From a virus: 64,000 bases of DNA. Position 1 is the stretch's first letter. The number at the start of each line of letters is the position of its first letter. Location: IMG/VR virus record IMGVR_UViG_3300017917_002108, positions 1 to 64,000 of that record. One strand, given 5' to 3'. The translations under genes and the position numbers were made by a program. Of this stretch, positions 16,942 through 25,792 are shown piece by piece. The notes beneath the pieces are model-generated. The model had not been told where the DNA came from. It did not search any database and saw nothing but the letters and a program-made list of their open reading frames with translations.

Positions 16942-18009
16942 TTACTTTCTGATGATCAGCTGAGGTTTGAATTCGCTCTTAAATCCGTAGGCGTTATCAT
17001 GCCAGTATACTAAAGTCTGAAGTTTCTTTTCAGTGACATCTTTTCTTAGAGAATCAACAACTTTATTACCTGCATCGCCGATTATCCATTCATATTTGCC
17101 TGTATCATTTTCAAGAGCTGCTGCTGCTTCCGGATCGTTGACCATACGTGTTAAAGCATCGCGGAGTCTTTTGGTATTAGGATTTCCTTTATTGACCCAA
17201 AGAGCTTTCTGAAGTACATCTCTGAACTCTCTGCTCAGTCTATATGCTTCATAGAATTCCCCCTTAGGAGCGACTCCGTGTAATTTTTTAAATTGTGTTT
17301 CAAAAGTATAACCAGGTTCAAAGTTTGGATCATCTTTAACTTGTCTAGTCTTTAGATCGTAGACTCCGTGATGGAACCATAACATATTATTTTTATCTTC
17401 TGCATAATATTTGTTCCAGGCCACGGTCGTTTCTCTTGTGGTATTGAGTTCACCGCGTTGAAACCCTAATCTTCTTTCAGGACCAGATAACCCATTAACC
17501 CATATTACCTTCTGTTTGAAACAGTTGAGATAGTCTTCTCTGCTGGGAAGATTTCCACATAGTAGCATGGTCACAGCCATACCGTCTGGTTCCATACCGC
17601 TACCGTTAGCAAATTTTAATTTGGTAATATTTGGATCTGTATCCTTTTTGATGCCGACCATAATATTAAGATTCTGCATACCGATGCTATCATAGTTCTT
17701 GTAGTCATATTCTACCTTGTCTACTAGATAACTAACTCCATTACCACCGTGGCTGACCATGATCGTTTTGTTATCAAATCTCAATTTATTATGCCATTCG
17801 TTGAAGCCTTGTATGTCTTTGGCTCCGGGAATATGTTGAATTACCACAGTCTCCCCTAGTTGTTTTTCTAGATGTTTAGCAATTATACCTGCCCAGACAG
17901 CAGTGCCTTGGCCTGGACCTTGAGGTACGATTAATCTAAATTCTGCATTGGCCGCGCTACAGATACCTAGAGATAAAAGTGCAGCGGTAATAAACTTAAT
18001 AATTTTCAT
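16942..18009 (-). CDS. Tripartite tricarboxylate transporter substrate-binding protein (TctC/Bug-like)
   Basis: Signal peptide ending ANA; RLIVPQGPGQGT..LEKQLGETVVIQHIPGA; adjacent to TctA. Confidence 0.8.
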   Translation of the reverse strand: MKIIKFITAALLSLGICSAANAEFRLIVPQGPGQGTAVWAGIIAKHLEKQLGETVVIQHIPGAKDIQGFNEWHNKLRFDNKTIMVSHGGNGVSYLVDKVEYDYKNYDSIGMQNLNIMVGIKKDTDPNITKLKFANGSGMEPDGMAVTMLLCGNLPSREDYLNCFKQKVIWVNGLSGPERRLGFQRGELNTTRETTVAWNKYYAEDKNNMLWFHHGVYDLKTRQVKDDPNFEPGYTFETQFKKLHGVAPKGEFYEAYRLSREFRDVLQKALWVNKGNPNTKRLRDALTRMVNDPEAAAALENDTGKYEWIIGDAGNKVVDSLRKDVTEKKLQTLVYWHDNAYGFKSEFKPQLIIRK

Positions 18010-18019
18010 TTCATTCTCC

Positions 18020-19468
18020 TTAATGATATTCTAATCCTCTGTTTGGTCTGGTAACACTGTATACTGCTATGCCTATGGCTATAGCTATCAATGATAGGAA
18101 CAACGGTCTTGTTAATAGATCTTCCGGTGTATACAATGTAAATGTTTGAAGTGTTAATTTTTCTAATCTTTCAGATAAGATAAATGACACCATAATAGCT
18201 GGTCGACTTATGCCAGTATACTTACAGACCAATCCCAACAAACTACATAAGATTAAGATGTAGATGTCATTTATAGTTCCTGTATATTCTAAACAACTCC
18301 ATATTATCACAGATAAAATAAGAATCGCATAAATCCAATAAGGTATCTCTAACAGTTTAACAACCAATTTGGTGGTAAACATGGCCATAATAGCAACTAA
18401 GATTGTGCTGATAATAAATGAAGCACCTAGGCTCCATAAGAATTTGGTGTCCTGTAATAAAGCAGGCGTGCCTAATTCAATACCAAAATACATACATATG
18501 GCCATCATCACCGCTGCGAACGGTGCAGCAGGAATACCAAATAAAACTGTAGGCACAAGACTGCCTGCTTTCTGTGCATTGTTGGCTCCTTCGCAACCTA
18601 AAAGTCCTCGGACATTACCATTTCCAAATTTTTCGTTAGGATATTTGGCCACAGTAGCACCATAGGCCATTATGTCCCCGATAGTCCCACCTATACCTGG
18701 TAATAGTCCTGTAAAAAATCCTATTACGCCTCCTCGCATCATATCTCGTCTATAGGTCCAACAATCTTTAAATCCTTGAAATAATTGTCCCCAATAATCT
18801 ACTATAGGTGCAGCCCTAAGTTTTTTATTTCTAAATCCTTCGACCACTTCAGGTATTCCAAAAAGACCTGCGATCAACGGAATGATTTGAATACCTGCTT
18901 CTAAATATGACCAGTCTGCGGTCCAGCGAGGCGAATTTGTTGCAGGATCTAAACCTATCATACCTATAAAGATGCCAACTATGATTCCTAAAATACTCAG
19001 CCAAAAATTCTTACTGGCAATAAAACCTACACAGGATAATGCAATTATCATGAATGCCAACATGTCGGGTATAGATAACATCATGATTAACTTACTGTAC
19101 AAGGGCATCATGGCAAAAGCTATCAATCCCCAGAATACACCGTTGATTGTAGAATCCATGATGGCCACACCTATAGCTCTAGCAGCTTGCCCTTGCAGAC
19201 TCATTTGATAACCATCTATGATAGATGCTGCCGTGGTGTTCGATCCTGGTATACCGGTTAATATACTGGTAAATGAATCTCCGGTACTAGAAGCAGCGAT
19301 AAGACTAGTTAAAAATACCACTCCTAGATAAGGATTGGCCAGGAATTGGTCAGACAGTGCAAACACTGTCAAAAGTCCAGTGGTAGCTCCTGCCATAGGA
19401 ATGATTCCAATGAGTAGTCCATAGGCGGTGCCTAGAAAAATCCACACTGCGTATAATAGTAGTTCCAT
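18020..19468 (-). CDS. tctA: Tripartite tricarboxylate transporter permease (TctA family)
   Basis: Polytopic; G..IGIIP, SILTGIPG..DGY, GLFGIPE, GLLPGIG, EGANNA...LVPTVLFGIP. Confidence 0.92.
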   Translation of the reverse strand: MELLLYAVWIFLGTAYGLLIGIIPMAGATTGLLTVFALSDQFLANPYLGVVFLTSLIAASSTGDSFTSILTGIPGSNTTAASIIDGYQMSLQGQAARAIGVAIMDSTINGVFWGLIAFAMMPLYSKLIMMLSIPDMLAFMIIALSCVGFIASKNFWLSILGIIVGIFIGMIGLDPATNSPRWTADWSYLEAGIQIIPLIAGLFGIPEVVEGFRNKKLRAAPIVDYWGQLFQGFKDCWTYRRDMMRGGVIGFFTGLLPGIGGTIGDIMAYGATVAKYPNEKFGNGNVRGLLGCEGANNAQKAGSLVPTVLFGIPAAPFAAVMMAICMYFGIELGTPALLQDTKFLWSLGASFIISTILVAIMAMFTTKLVVKLLEIPYWIYAILILSVIIWSCLEYTGTINDIYILILCSLLGLVCKYTGISRPAIMVSFILSERLEKLTLQTFTLYTPEDLLTRPLFLSLIAIAIGIAVYSVTRPNRGLEYH

Positions 19469-19625
19469 AGTATTAGGTTAAATTGTTTAGTCTTATATAG
19501 TAAGATGTTAAGAAAAAAATAAAATTCTTGGTTTTTTTCTTATAGATCGGAAAAAAATTTGTCTTTTAGAAAAATTTTCTGATCATATTATGGTCAATAA
19601 ATAGAAAGCTGACTAAGGACCAATT

Positions 19626-20321
19626 GTGGTAGACGAATCTAAAATTATTTTTTACACTGGCGCACCCGGTAGCAAGTGGAGTGCTACTGCACATCTAATA
19701 ACCATGAATCCAAAATATCCGATTAATACCTCGGATTATTCTAGTGAACGCACATATACTCACGAAAACCAACCTATAGCTCACCAAGGCGCATATTGGG
19801 GTCCGGGTAATGGAATCGGGGAAAACTTTCATAATCTTCCTTCTATGACTAAAGAAGAAGTTCTAGAAGAAATCGATAAGCCATATATGGACAAGTCATG
19901 GGACAAATATAGACTAGTCAAATGTCATCATTTTAGTTCCAATCTAGATTGGATTAAAGAAAACTTCCCAAGTAGTAAGATATTAATCGTACTACGTCCG
20001 GATATTATTTGTTTAAGAGGATGGTTAGTCACCGGCGGATTTCATAAGATTACCTATCCTAACTACAGTGTTTTTTACAAAAATAAATTTGTTTTAGAAG
20101 AAAAGATCTTCGAAGAAAATGCTGCGGCTAGAAAATTTATCTATCAAAATGATCTAGAACTCAACGTGGTTAGAAAAAAGTATTGGAAAAATTGGTGGGG
20201 TATAGACTGCGACACCGAAGAAAAAGAAACATATATGTATTCCCTAGAGGGCAAAATCGATCAACCCGATGTTGAGGATAGCCTTAGGTTTGATGTAACG
20301 ATCGCAGATTATAATTTCTAA
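19626..20321 (+). CDS. P-loop/sulfotransferase-like protein
   Basis: GTG start with TAAGGA SD; IIFYTGAPGSKWS..HQGAYWGPG..KCHHF. Confidence 0.75.
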   Translation: MVDESKIIFYTGAPGSKWSATAHLITMNPKYPINTSDYSSERTYTHENQPIAHQGAYWGPGNGIGENFHNLPSMTKEEVLEEIDKPYMDKSWDKYRLVKCHHFSSNLDWIKENFPSSKILIVLRPDIICLRGWLVTGGFHKITYPNYSVFYKNKFVLEEKIFEENAAARKFIYQNDLELNVVRKKYWKNWWGIDCDTEEKETYMYSLEGKIDQPDVEDSLRFDVTIADYNF

Positions 20322-20322
20322 T

Positions 20323-21576
20323 TCATCTGCGTAGATCAAAATATCTATCCTTATTCAACAACCAAATATTTTGCTCAACTTCAAATATTGTCTCGGTGCT
20401 ATGATGATTAACCATACCGTCTTTGGCCATAACATCGAAAGAACGATTAATTCTAGACATTCTTCCGCTGGCGTCGTTATGAGTATTAGTGGTAATATAA
20501 ACAGGTGTTGATCTACCTGAAATAGATTCGGCATATTCTATCTGCAAAGGTAGATGAGAGTGTATGCAGTACGACTGCATCTGATATTTGTTAAGACCTG
20601 TTATGGGTCTTGTTTGAATTTGTGCTCCCCTAAACACTGCCCGCCATCCGTCCATGAATGGGTGTATTCCGCTGACTGAAATTATCTTTTGGTCTTTGAT
20701 CGTGGCCCACCATGAACCGTTTTGTTCAAGGCACCAACTAAACTTCATAGCTGACAACGAAGCATTGTTATTGAATCCTAATCTATTGCAGGCATCACAG
20801 AATTCTTTTAACATCTGCATGTCTTTTCTTTCTATTCTTTTGGTTATAGAATCTGGAGAAAAACTATCCTCTTTGACAAACTCTTTAACCTTAGAATAGT
20901 TCTGTTCATTAAATTCTAGATCGAAATGGTCGCATAAATTTTCAAAAAAACTTTGATCTAGTAGCTGTTGAATATCGTCTATAACGAAATCATTTTCATC
21001 TAGGTTAGATTTATAATTATCTAGCAAAGATATGACGTACTGTCTTACCCAGTCTGTGTAGTCTGTATCTAAATCCAAATCTTTAAAATATTCATAGAAA
21101 GTTCTTTTTTTCGGATCTGAATAGGAATAGACAAAATTAGCAGTGGTCTTTATAAATCTCTGTACAAGATTTTCAATATTATCAGACAACACTACTAGAT
21201 GTTTTGCCTGCTTGAATAATTGTTTGCTGGCATCTAGACGGGAATGCAGAGGATATACAAAATAAAAAGGATCTAATTTCTTTGACCACAAATTCATGGC
21301 TTGGGTCTCGTCTAGATCATATTGATTCCGTTCTGCCATATCTAGCACAGGCGGAACCGTGTATTCGTCTATGCCCTGACCCACGGCGCCTCTAAATCTT
21401 CTATCAAAATGAAATTTGCTGATATTTCCCATTTCCATTCCCATAGCAGGTAGCCAAGGACGATCACCGTTTTTAAAATGATTAAACCATATGACATTGT
21501 CACAAGAAGATATCAATCGTCCAATCTGATGACCTTTGGCTCCAGGAACGAACGTTATGGGTATGATATTTTTCAT
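20323..21576 (-). CDS. Fusion of P-loop/sulfotransferase-like and GNAT-like domains
   Basis: N-terminal ITFVPGAKGH; C-terminal WW...DQKIISVSGIH..WRAVFRGA..VYITTN pattern. Confidence 0.6.
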   Translation of the reverse strand: MKNIIPITFVPGAKGHQIGRLISSCDNVIWFNHFKNGDRPWLPAMGMEMGNISKFHFDRRFRGAVGQGIDEYTVPPVLDMAERNQYDLDETQAMNLWSKKLDPFYFVYPLHSRLDASKQLFKQAKHLVVLSDNIENLVQRFIKTTANFVYSYSDPKKRTFYEYFKDLDLDTDYTDWVRQYVISLLDNYKSNLDENDFVIDDIQQLLDQSFFENLCDHFDLEFNEQNYSKVKEFVKEDSFSPDSITKRIERKDMQMLKEFCDACNRLGFNNNASLSAMKFSWCLEQNGSWWATIKDQKIISVSGIHPFMDGWRAVFRGAQIQTRPITGLNKYQMQSYCIHSHLPLQIEYAESISGRSTPVYITTNTHNDASGRMSRINRSFDVMAKDGMVNHHSTETIFEVEQNIWLLNKDRYFDLRR

Positions 21577-22308
21577 TTAACCTTTTCTAGGATCATAGAT
21601 ATCAATGTCTGTATTAGTCCTACCAAGATAAAATAGTGTTCCACCTACATCAATGACTCTGTCTTTAGTCCCATACCAGTCATCATAGATGCATATATCG
21701 CCCTTGACAAACAACTCTTGATCTCTAATTTCAACATCGCAAAATGCTGTATCTCCCATGATCGTAGATTTCAAAGGTCCCAGAGAAGCATATCTTTCTA
21801 CAAGATCTAGACAATCAAACGTCATGTTGATGGCCAAAGGTCCTATTTCTGTCATACCCCAATTGGTTATAAACTTGGCTCCTTGAGAAACAAATGTTGT
21901 AATAATATCCCAAGTAACTGGATCAGCGCCGCAGGTAATTGTTATCCCTTTAAGATTCAAATTATAAAAATTTTTGGTAGACATTATGGCCTTGGCATGC
22001 AGGGGGGTGATATGAGTGTGAGTATAATTTTGGATGTCTCTAACCCAATCATAGGCGCTGAAATTTACAATATCAACTTTTGCTCCAATTTCCAAAGCAG
22101 GCAGAGTCTGGGCCAAAAGTCCCCCTGCATGTGTGATCTTACAGCAGGTATAAATTCTGCTATGCTTGTCGATTTCTTGAATGTGTCTAGCGATATCATT
22201 GGCCACTTTAAGTTTTTGAGGCGGTTGAAAAAATCTTTTGGCCGTGCCGCTGGTGCCAGAACTTGATATGGTTATGCCATTTTGAAGTATAGATAGATGA
22301 TCGATCAT
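21577..22308 (-). CDS. Minimal ANL-superfamily AMP-binding (adenylating) enzyme
   Basis: SSGTSGTAK (A3), H.GG, WGMTE (A5), ELFVKG, WYGTKD, LFYLGR; only 243 aa. Confidence 0.85.
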   Translation of the reverse strand: MIDHLSILQNGITISSSGTSGTAKRFFQPPQKLKVANDIARHIQEIDKHSRIYTCCKITHAGGLLAQTLPALEIGAKVDIVNFSAYDWVRDIQNYTHTHITPLHAKAIMSTKNFYNLNLKGITITCGADPVTWDIITTFVSQGAKFITNWGMTEIGPLAINMTFDCLDLVERYASLGPLKSTIMGDTAFCDVEIRDQELFVKGDICIYDDWYGTKDRVIDVGGTLFYLGRTNTDIDIYDPRKG

Positions 22309-22381
22309 GTTTGGTACCCTAGATTAAATATTTAATGCATACAGGGTTGTTCTTATCAAAATAAGAATATATAATATCATT

Positions 22382-22493
22382 GTGGTCGTGAGTGGAATAC
22401 AGGCAGACCTGCCGCCTCTCCGAAAGGAAGGCTGGTGATGGGGCGCCGTCTTAGACAAAGCCTTTGTAGGTTCGAATCCTACCGACCACACCA
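22382..22493 (+). ncRNA. tRNA-like RNA without an anticodon loop (Leu-like body)
   Basis: Acceptor gtggtcg/cgaccac, A73, CCA; T arm gtagg-ttcgaat-cctac; D region GGCAGAC; anticodon arm replaced by a GAAA-capped extended helix; 112 nt. Confidence 0.75.
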
Positions 22494-22535
22494 AATTCTA
22501 TTATAAGTAGAATACTACTAACAAGAGGAACATAT

Positions 22536-22739
22536 ATGTCAAACACAGTAGAACAACTCAAAACCGCATTTGAAGAATTCCTTTCTGAAGATGCAAAATT
22601 CTCAGCAGGTAACGGTGCAGCTGGTACTAGAGCACGTAAGGCTCTACAAGAAGTAGCTAAACTAGTCAAGGCACGTCGTAATGAAATCACCGAAGAAAAG
22701 AACGCACGGAAAGAAGCCAAAGCCACAGCAAAGGCCTAA
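22536..22739 (+). CDS. Histone H1-like (Hc1 family) DNA-binding protein
   Basis: GNGAAGTRARKALQEVAKLVKARR signature; GAGG SD. Confidence 0.8.
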   Translation: MSNTVEQLKTAFEEFLSEDAKFSAGNGAAGTRARKALQEVAKLVKARRNEITEEKNARKEAKATAKA

Positions 22740-22740
22740 T

Positions 22741-23238
22741 ATGGACGATAAGGATAATTTCATCCTTACCGGCAGTGGCATAGACAGCATCACGACCACA
22801 GATTCAGTAGTTTTGGATCTGGGACTTGGTGCTGGTCAACCGGCACTGAATTCGGCGGATTTGGGTGCCATCACCCTAGATGATCTAACTACTTCTAGTA
22901 TATCAACTATCACACTACCATCCTCATATACAATATCCGGAGGTGTTGGTATTAGTAGCAATTATACTACTAATACTGCCTATACTTGGAATCAATCATT
23001 CACACCTACTGTGAATATAACTCAAGACGGAGTGAATATCAGTGATGGTGGGGATTTGAAGATCGGGAACAAAAGCCTTAAAGACTTCATCACAAAGATG
23101 GAACAGCGTTTGTCAATACTTGTGCCAGATCCAGAAAAACTTGAAAAATTCGAAGCACTACAAAAGGCCTACGAACATTACAAGACCATGGAAGCCTTGT
23201 GTTTTCCGGAAGATAAAGATAAAAAGAATGAATGTTAA
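22741..23238 (+). CDS. Hypothetical protein
   Basis: ATG right after the Hc1 stop; Ser/Thr-rich N-terminus, helical C-terminus. Confidence 0.75.
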   Translation: MDDKDNFILTGSGIDSITTTDSVVLDLGLGAGQPALNSADLGAITLDDLTTSSISTITLPSSYTISGGVGISSNYTTNTAYTWNQSFTPTVNITQDGVNISDGGDLKIGNKSLKDFITKMEQRLSILVPDPEKLEKFEALQKAYEHYKTMEALCFPEDKDKKNEC

Positions 23239-23899
23239 ACTTGTATCCTATTCACAACCAACAGGCGAATTTAGAAACATGGGCATCTCAGATGCGCAGG
23301 AACTCATTGCGTATTGCGCCCGTGTTTCCAATCCAGCCAATCAATTTAATACCGAGACATCAGAGAAGCTTATACGATATCTTGTTAAACATGCACACTG
23401 GAGCCCACTCGAAATGGTCTCAGCCTGCGTCGAAATCACAACCACCCGAGACATCGCAAGACAGATCCTTAGACACAGAAGTTTTAGTTTCCAAGAATTC
23501 AGTCAACGATATGCTGACCCTACTAAAGACCTCAATTTCGTTCTTAGAGAAGCAAGGTTACAAGACGTTAAAAACAGACAAAACAGCATAGACACAGAAG
23601 ATCACGAACTACAGTCTGAATGGAAAATCAAGCAGATGAATGTAATCGCTGCTAGTCGGGAAGCCTACAAATGGGCTATTGACAACGGTATTGCCAAGGA
23701 GCAGGCTCGTGCTGTACTTCCCGAAGGACTGATCGAAAGTCGCTTATACATGAACGGAACCCTGCGTTCGTGGATACATTTCATAGAACTACGTTCTGGT
23801 AACGGAACACAAAAGGAACATCAGCTGGTAGCATTAGCCTGTGCCAAAGCCATTGCTGAGATCTTTCCAATGACCGAAAGTCTAGTACAAAATGGATGA
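23228..23899 (+). CDS. thyX: FAD-dependent thymidylate synthase
   Basis: HWSPLE, RQILRHRSFSFQEFSQRY, EQARAVLP. Confidence 0.97.
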   Translation: MNVKLVSYSQPTGEFRNMGISDAQELIAYCARVSNPANQFNTETSEKLIRYLVKHAHWSPLEMVSACVEITTTRDIARQILRHRSFSFQEFSQRYADPTKDLNFVLREARLQDVKNRQNSIDTEDHELQSEWKIKQMNVIAASREAYKWAIDNGIAKEQARAVLPEGLIESRLYMNGTLRSWIHFIELRSGNGTQKEHQLVALACAKAIAEIFPMTESLVQNG

Positions 23900-24275
23900 A
23901 GAAGTAAAAAAATTCTGTGAAAACTATGAGGTTCGTGTCCTAAACGATACCAAACGCAGGGCACGATATCGTCCTCCTAGGTTCTTTACAGACCCAGAAC
24001 GTGCTGATATTATTCGAAATGATATAGTAGAATACGAAACAGAACGTGTGATTACTTTGGAAATTCCTGAAGGAAGATTACGAACTTTAGTTGAATTAGA
24101 AAAGCGTTTTTATAAATGGCAACATCATTCTAAGGGAGAAGTTGACCTGTTCCAAACTCTTATGGATAAAGAACGCGAAGAAGCACTCTATCGTCATACC
24201 AATCCTGCTGTCCAAAAAGCCTATGAGCAGTATTCTATCATGCTCAATTTAGCAGGATACCAAAGAAAATTTTGA
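23892..24275 (+). CDS. Hypothetical protein
   Basis: 127-aa ORF overlapping the thyX end. Confidence 0.8.
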   Translation: MDEEVKKFCENYEVRVLNDTKRRARYRPPRFFTDPERADIIRNDIVEYETERVITLEIPEGRLRTLVELEKRFYKWQHHSKGEVDLFQTLMDKEREEALYRHTNPAVQKAYEQYSIMLNLAGYQRKF

Positions 24276-24292
24276 ATCATTTTTGAATCATC

Positions 24293-24321
24293 TTGACAGG
24301 TTTTATAAAATATCGTATAAT
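24293..24321 (+). promoter_or_regulatory. sigma70 promoter
   Basis: TTGACA-17-TATAAT; preceded by a tandem ttttgaatcat repeat. Confidence 0.85.
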
Positions 24322-24358
24322 TAAAGTGTTCGACTACTAAGTCTGAAAAGGATTATAC

Positions 24359-25183
24359 ATGAGAAATTATTGGACCTGTTCAAAATTTGCCGATTGGATT
24401 CGTGGCACCACTAAGCTAAAGTGTGGCACCGGCAAGGAATGGGCGGAATGGGAGCGAGCTGCCAAAGCCCAATATCCAATCCGTTGGTGGATTGCTGAAG
24501 AAGGTTTGGACAAATTACAAGATGTTTGGTGCTATATCCCAGAAAGGTTAAATGATGTACGCTACTATATCAACAATCGCTGGGTCACTAAAACCCATGC
24601 TCTTACTGCTAGTCCAAGCGATATTCCTCGCGGCGAGTGGCGTGATGTTGGCAACCGTTTTCTTCCATGTCTTTTTAATGAGCTTGTTGACTTTGTTGAG
24701 ATAGAACAAGCATGGCATCATTGTATTTGGGACGATGAAGCACGTAAGAAATATCAGACTCCATGGTGGCGCAGCGGTTGGCTACGCTGGAGAACTTGGC
24801 GCTGTCCAGAAGCCGGACTTGCCTATCTAAATTGGGCCAGTACTCTGACCAACGAAGAATTTTTGGAAGAAGATGAAAAGCATAAGGCAGAACCTACCTA
24901 TCAAGCTAAAGCCGCTAAAGAAATTTTAGAACTCTACAATTGGTGGAAAGAAGTTTATCCAAAGCGTCCAGACGTACACGATGCCAGCGGTTGGCATGAC
25001 TATTGTGAAATGCGCCGTAACAAAGGCTATCATTTGTTAGACATGGAAGATAAGACACCAGAAGAAGCAGAAATGTGTCGAACTGCTCTAGACAAGAGTC
25101 GTGAGATCGAAGAAGCCTACAACAAAGAAGATGAAGAAATGATGATTCGTTTGATTAAAATTAGAGAATCTCTATGGACCTAA
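24359..25183 (+). CDS. Hypothetical Trp-rich phage protein
   Basis: 274-aa ORF with AAGGA SD. Confidence 0.85.
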   Translation: MRNYWTCSKFADWIRGTTKLKCGTGKEWAEWERAAKAQYPIRWWIAEEGLDKLQDVWCYIPERLNDVRYYINNRWVTKTHALTASPSDIPRGEWRDVGNRFLPCLFNELVDFVEIEQAWHHCIWDDEARKKYQTPWWRSGWLRWRTWRCPEAGLAYLNWASTLTNEEFLEEDEKHKAEPTYQAKAAKEILELYNWWKEVYPKRPDVHDASGWHDYCEMRRNKGYHLLDMEDKTPEEAEMCRTALDKSREIEEAYNKEDEEMMIRLIKIRESLWT

Positions 25184-25395
25184 CAGACAATTCATCTAGT
25201 GAATTAGACGACTTATATTCTAAATATTTGCAATTCACGGGTATCATGTTAGAACAGTACGATGCCATGGAGGTGGCTGCTATTATGGCTACTCAGGCCA
25301 TGAGCTTGTATCGAACTTGTATGAGCGAAGAAGACTACCAACTGATGACAAAATCAATCTATAATAATCGCAACGAGGTAAAAACTTTTGGATAA
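25174..25395 (+). CDS. Hypothetical protein
   Basis: 73-aa ORF in operon. Confidence 0.7.
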   Translation: MDLTDNSSSELDDLYSKYLQFTGIMLEQYDAMEVAAIMATQAMSLYRTCMSEEDYQLMTKSIYNNRNEVKTFG

Positions 25396-25792
25396 GATCA
25401 AATTACAAACACCTGCAGAAGGTATTTTAAAAACCAACGACTGGGGTGACTCTCGTTCATACCATATTGTATGCGACTGTGGATCAGATGATCACTCTCA
25501 TAATCTATGGATCGAAGCAGAGGACGTTGGCATCACTGTTACCATTTATGCTACGGTAAAATCGCCCTGGTGGTCTATGAATCGTTGGAAACAAATTTGG
25601 ACATTGATCACCAAAGGTTATTTAGAACATCAGACAGTGTTAACTATGAGTCCTCAGACGGCCTTGAACTACGCAGAAACACTCAAATCATCTATCAAAG
25701 ACGTAGCACAATTTAGACAAGAAAGATTATCTAAAAAAGACAATGCCAATCAAGCAGCATCTAAATTGGCACAACAAACAGACTGTGTATGA
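25388..25792 (+). CDS. Hypothetical protein
   Basis: TTG start with GAGG SD; CxC..H motif. Confidence 0.75.
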   Translation: MDKIKLQTPAEGILKTNDWGDSRSYHIVCDCGSDDHSHNLWIEAEDVGITVTIYATVKSPWWSMNRWKQIWTLITKGYLEHQTVLTMSPQTALNYAETLKSSIKDVAQFRQERLSKKDNANQAASKLAQQTDCV

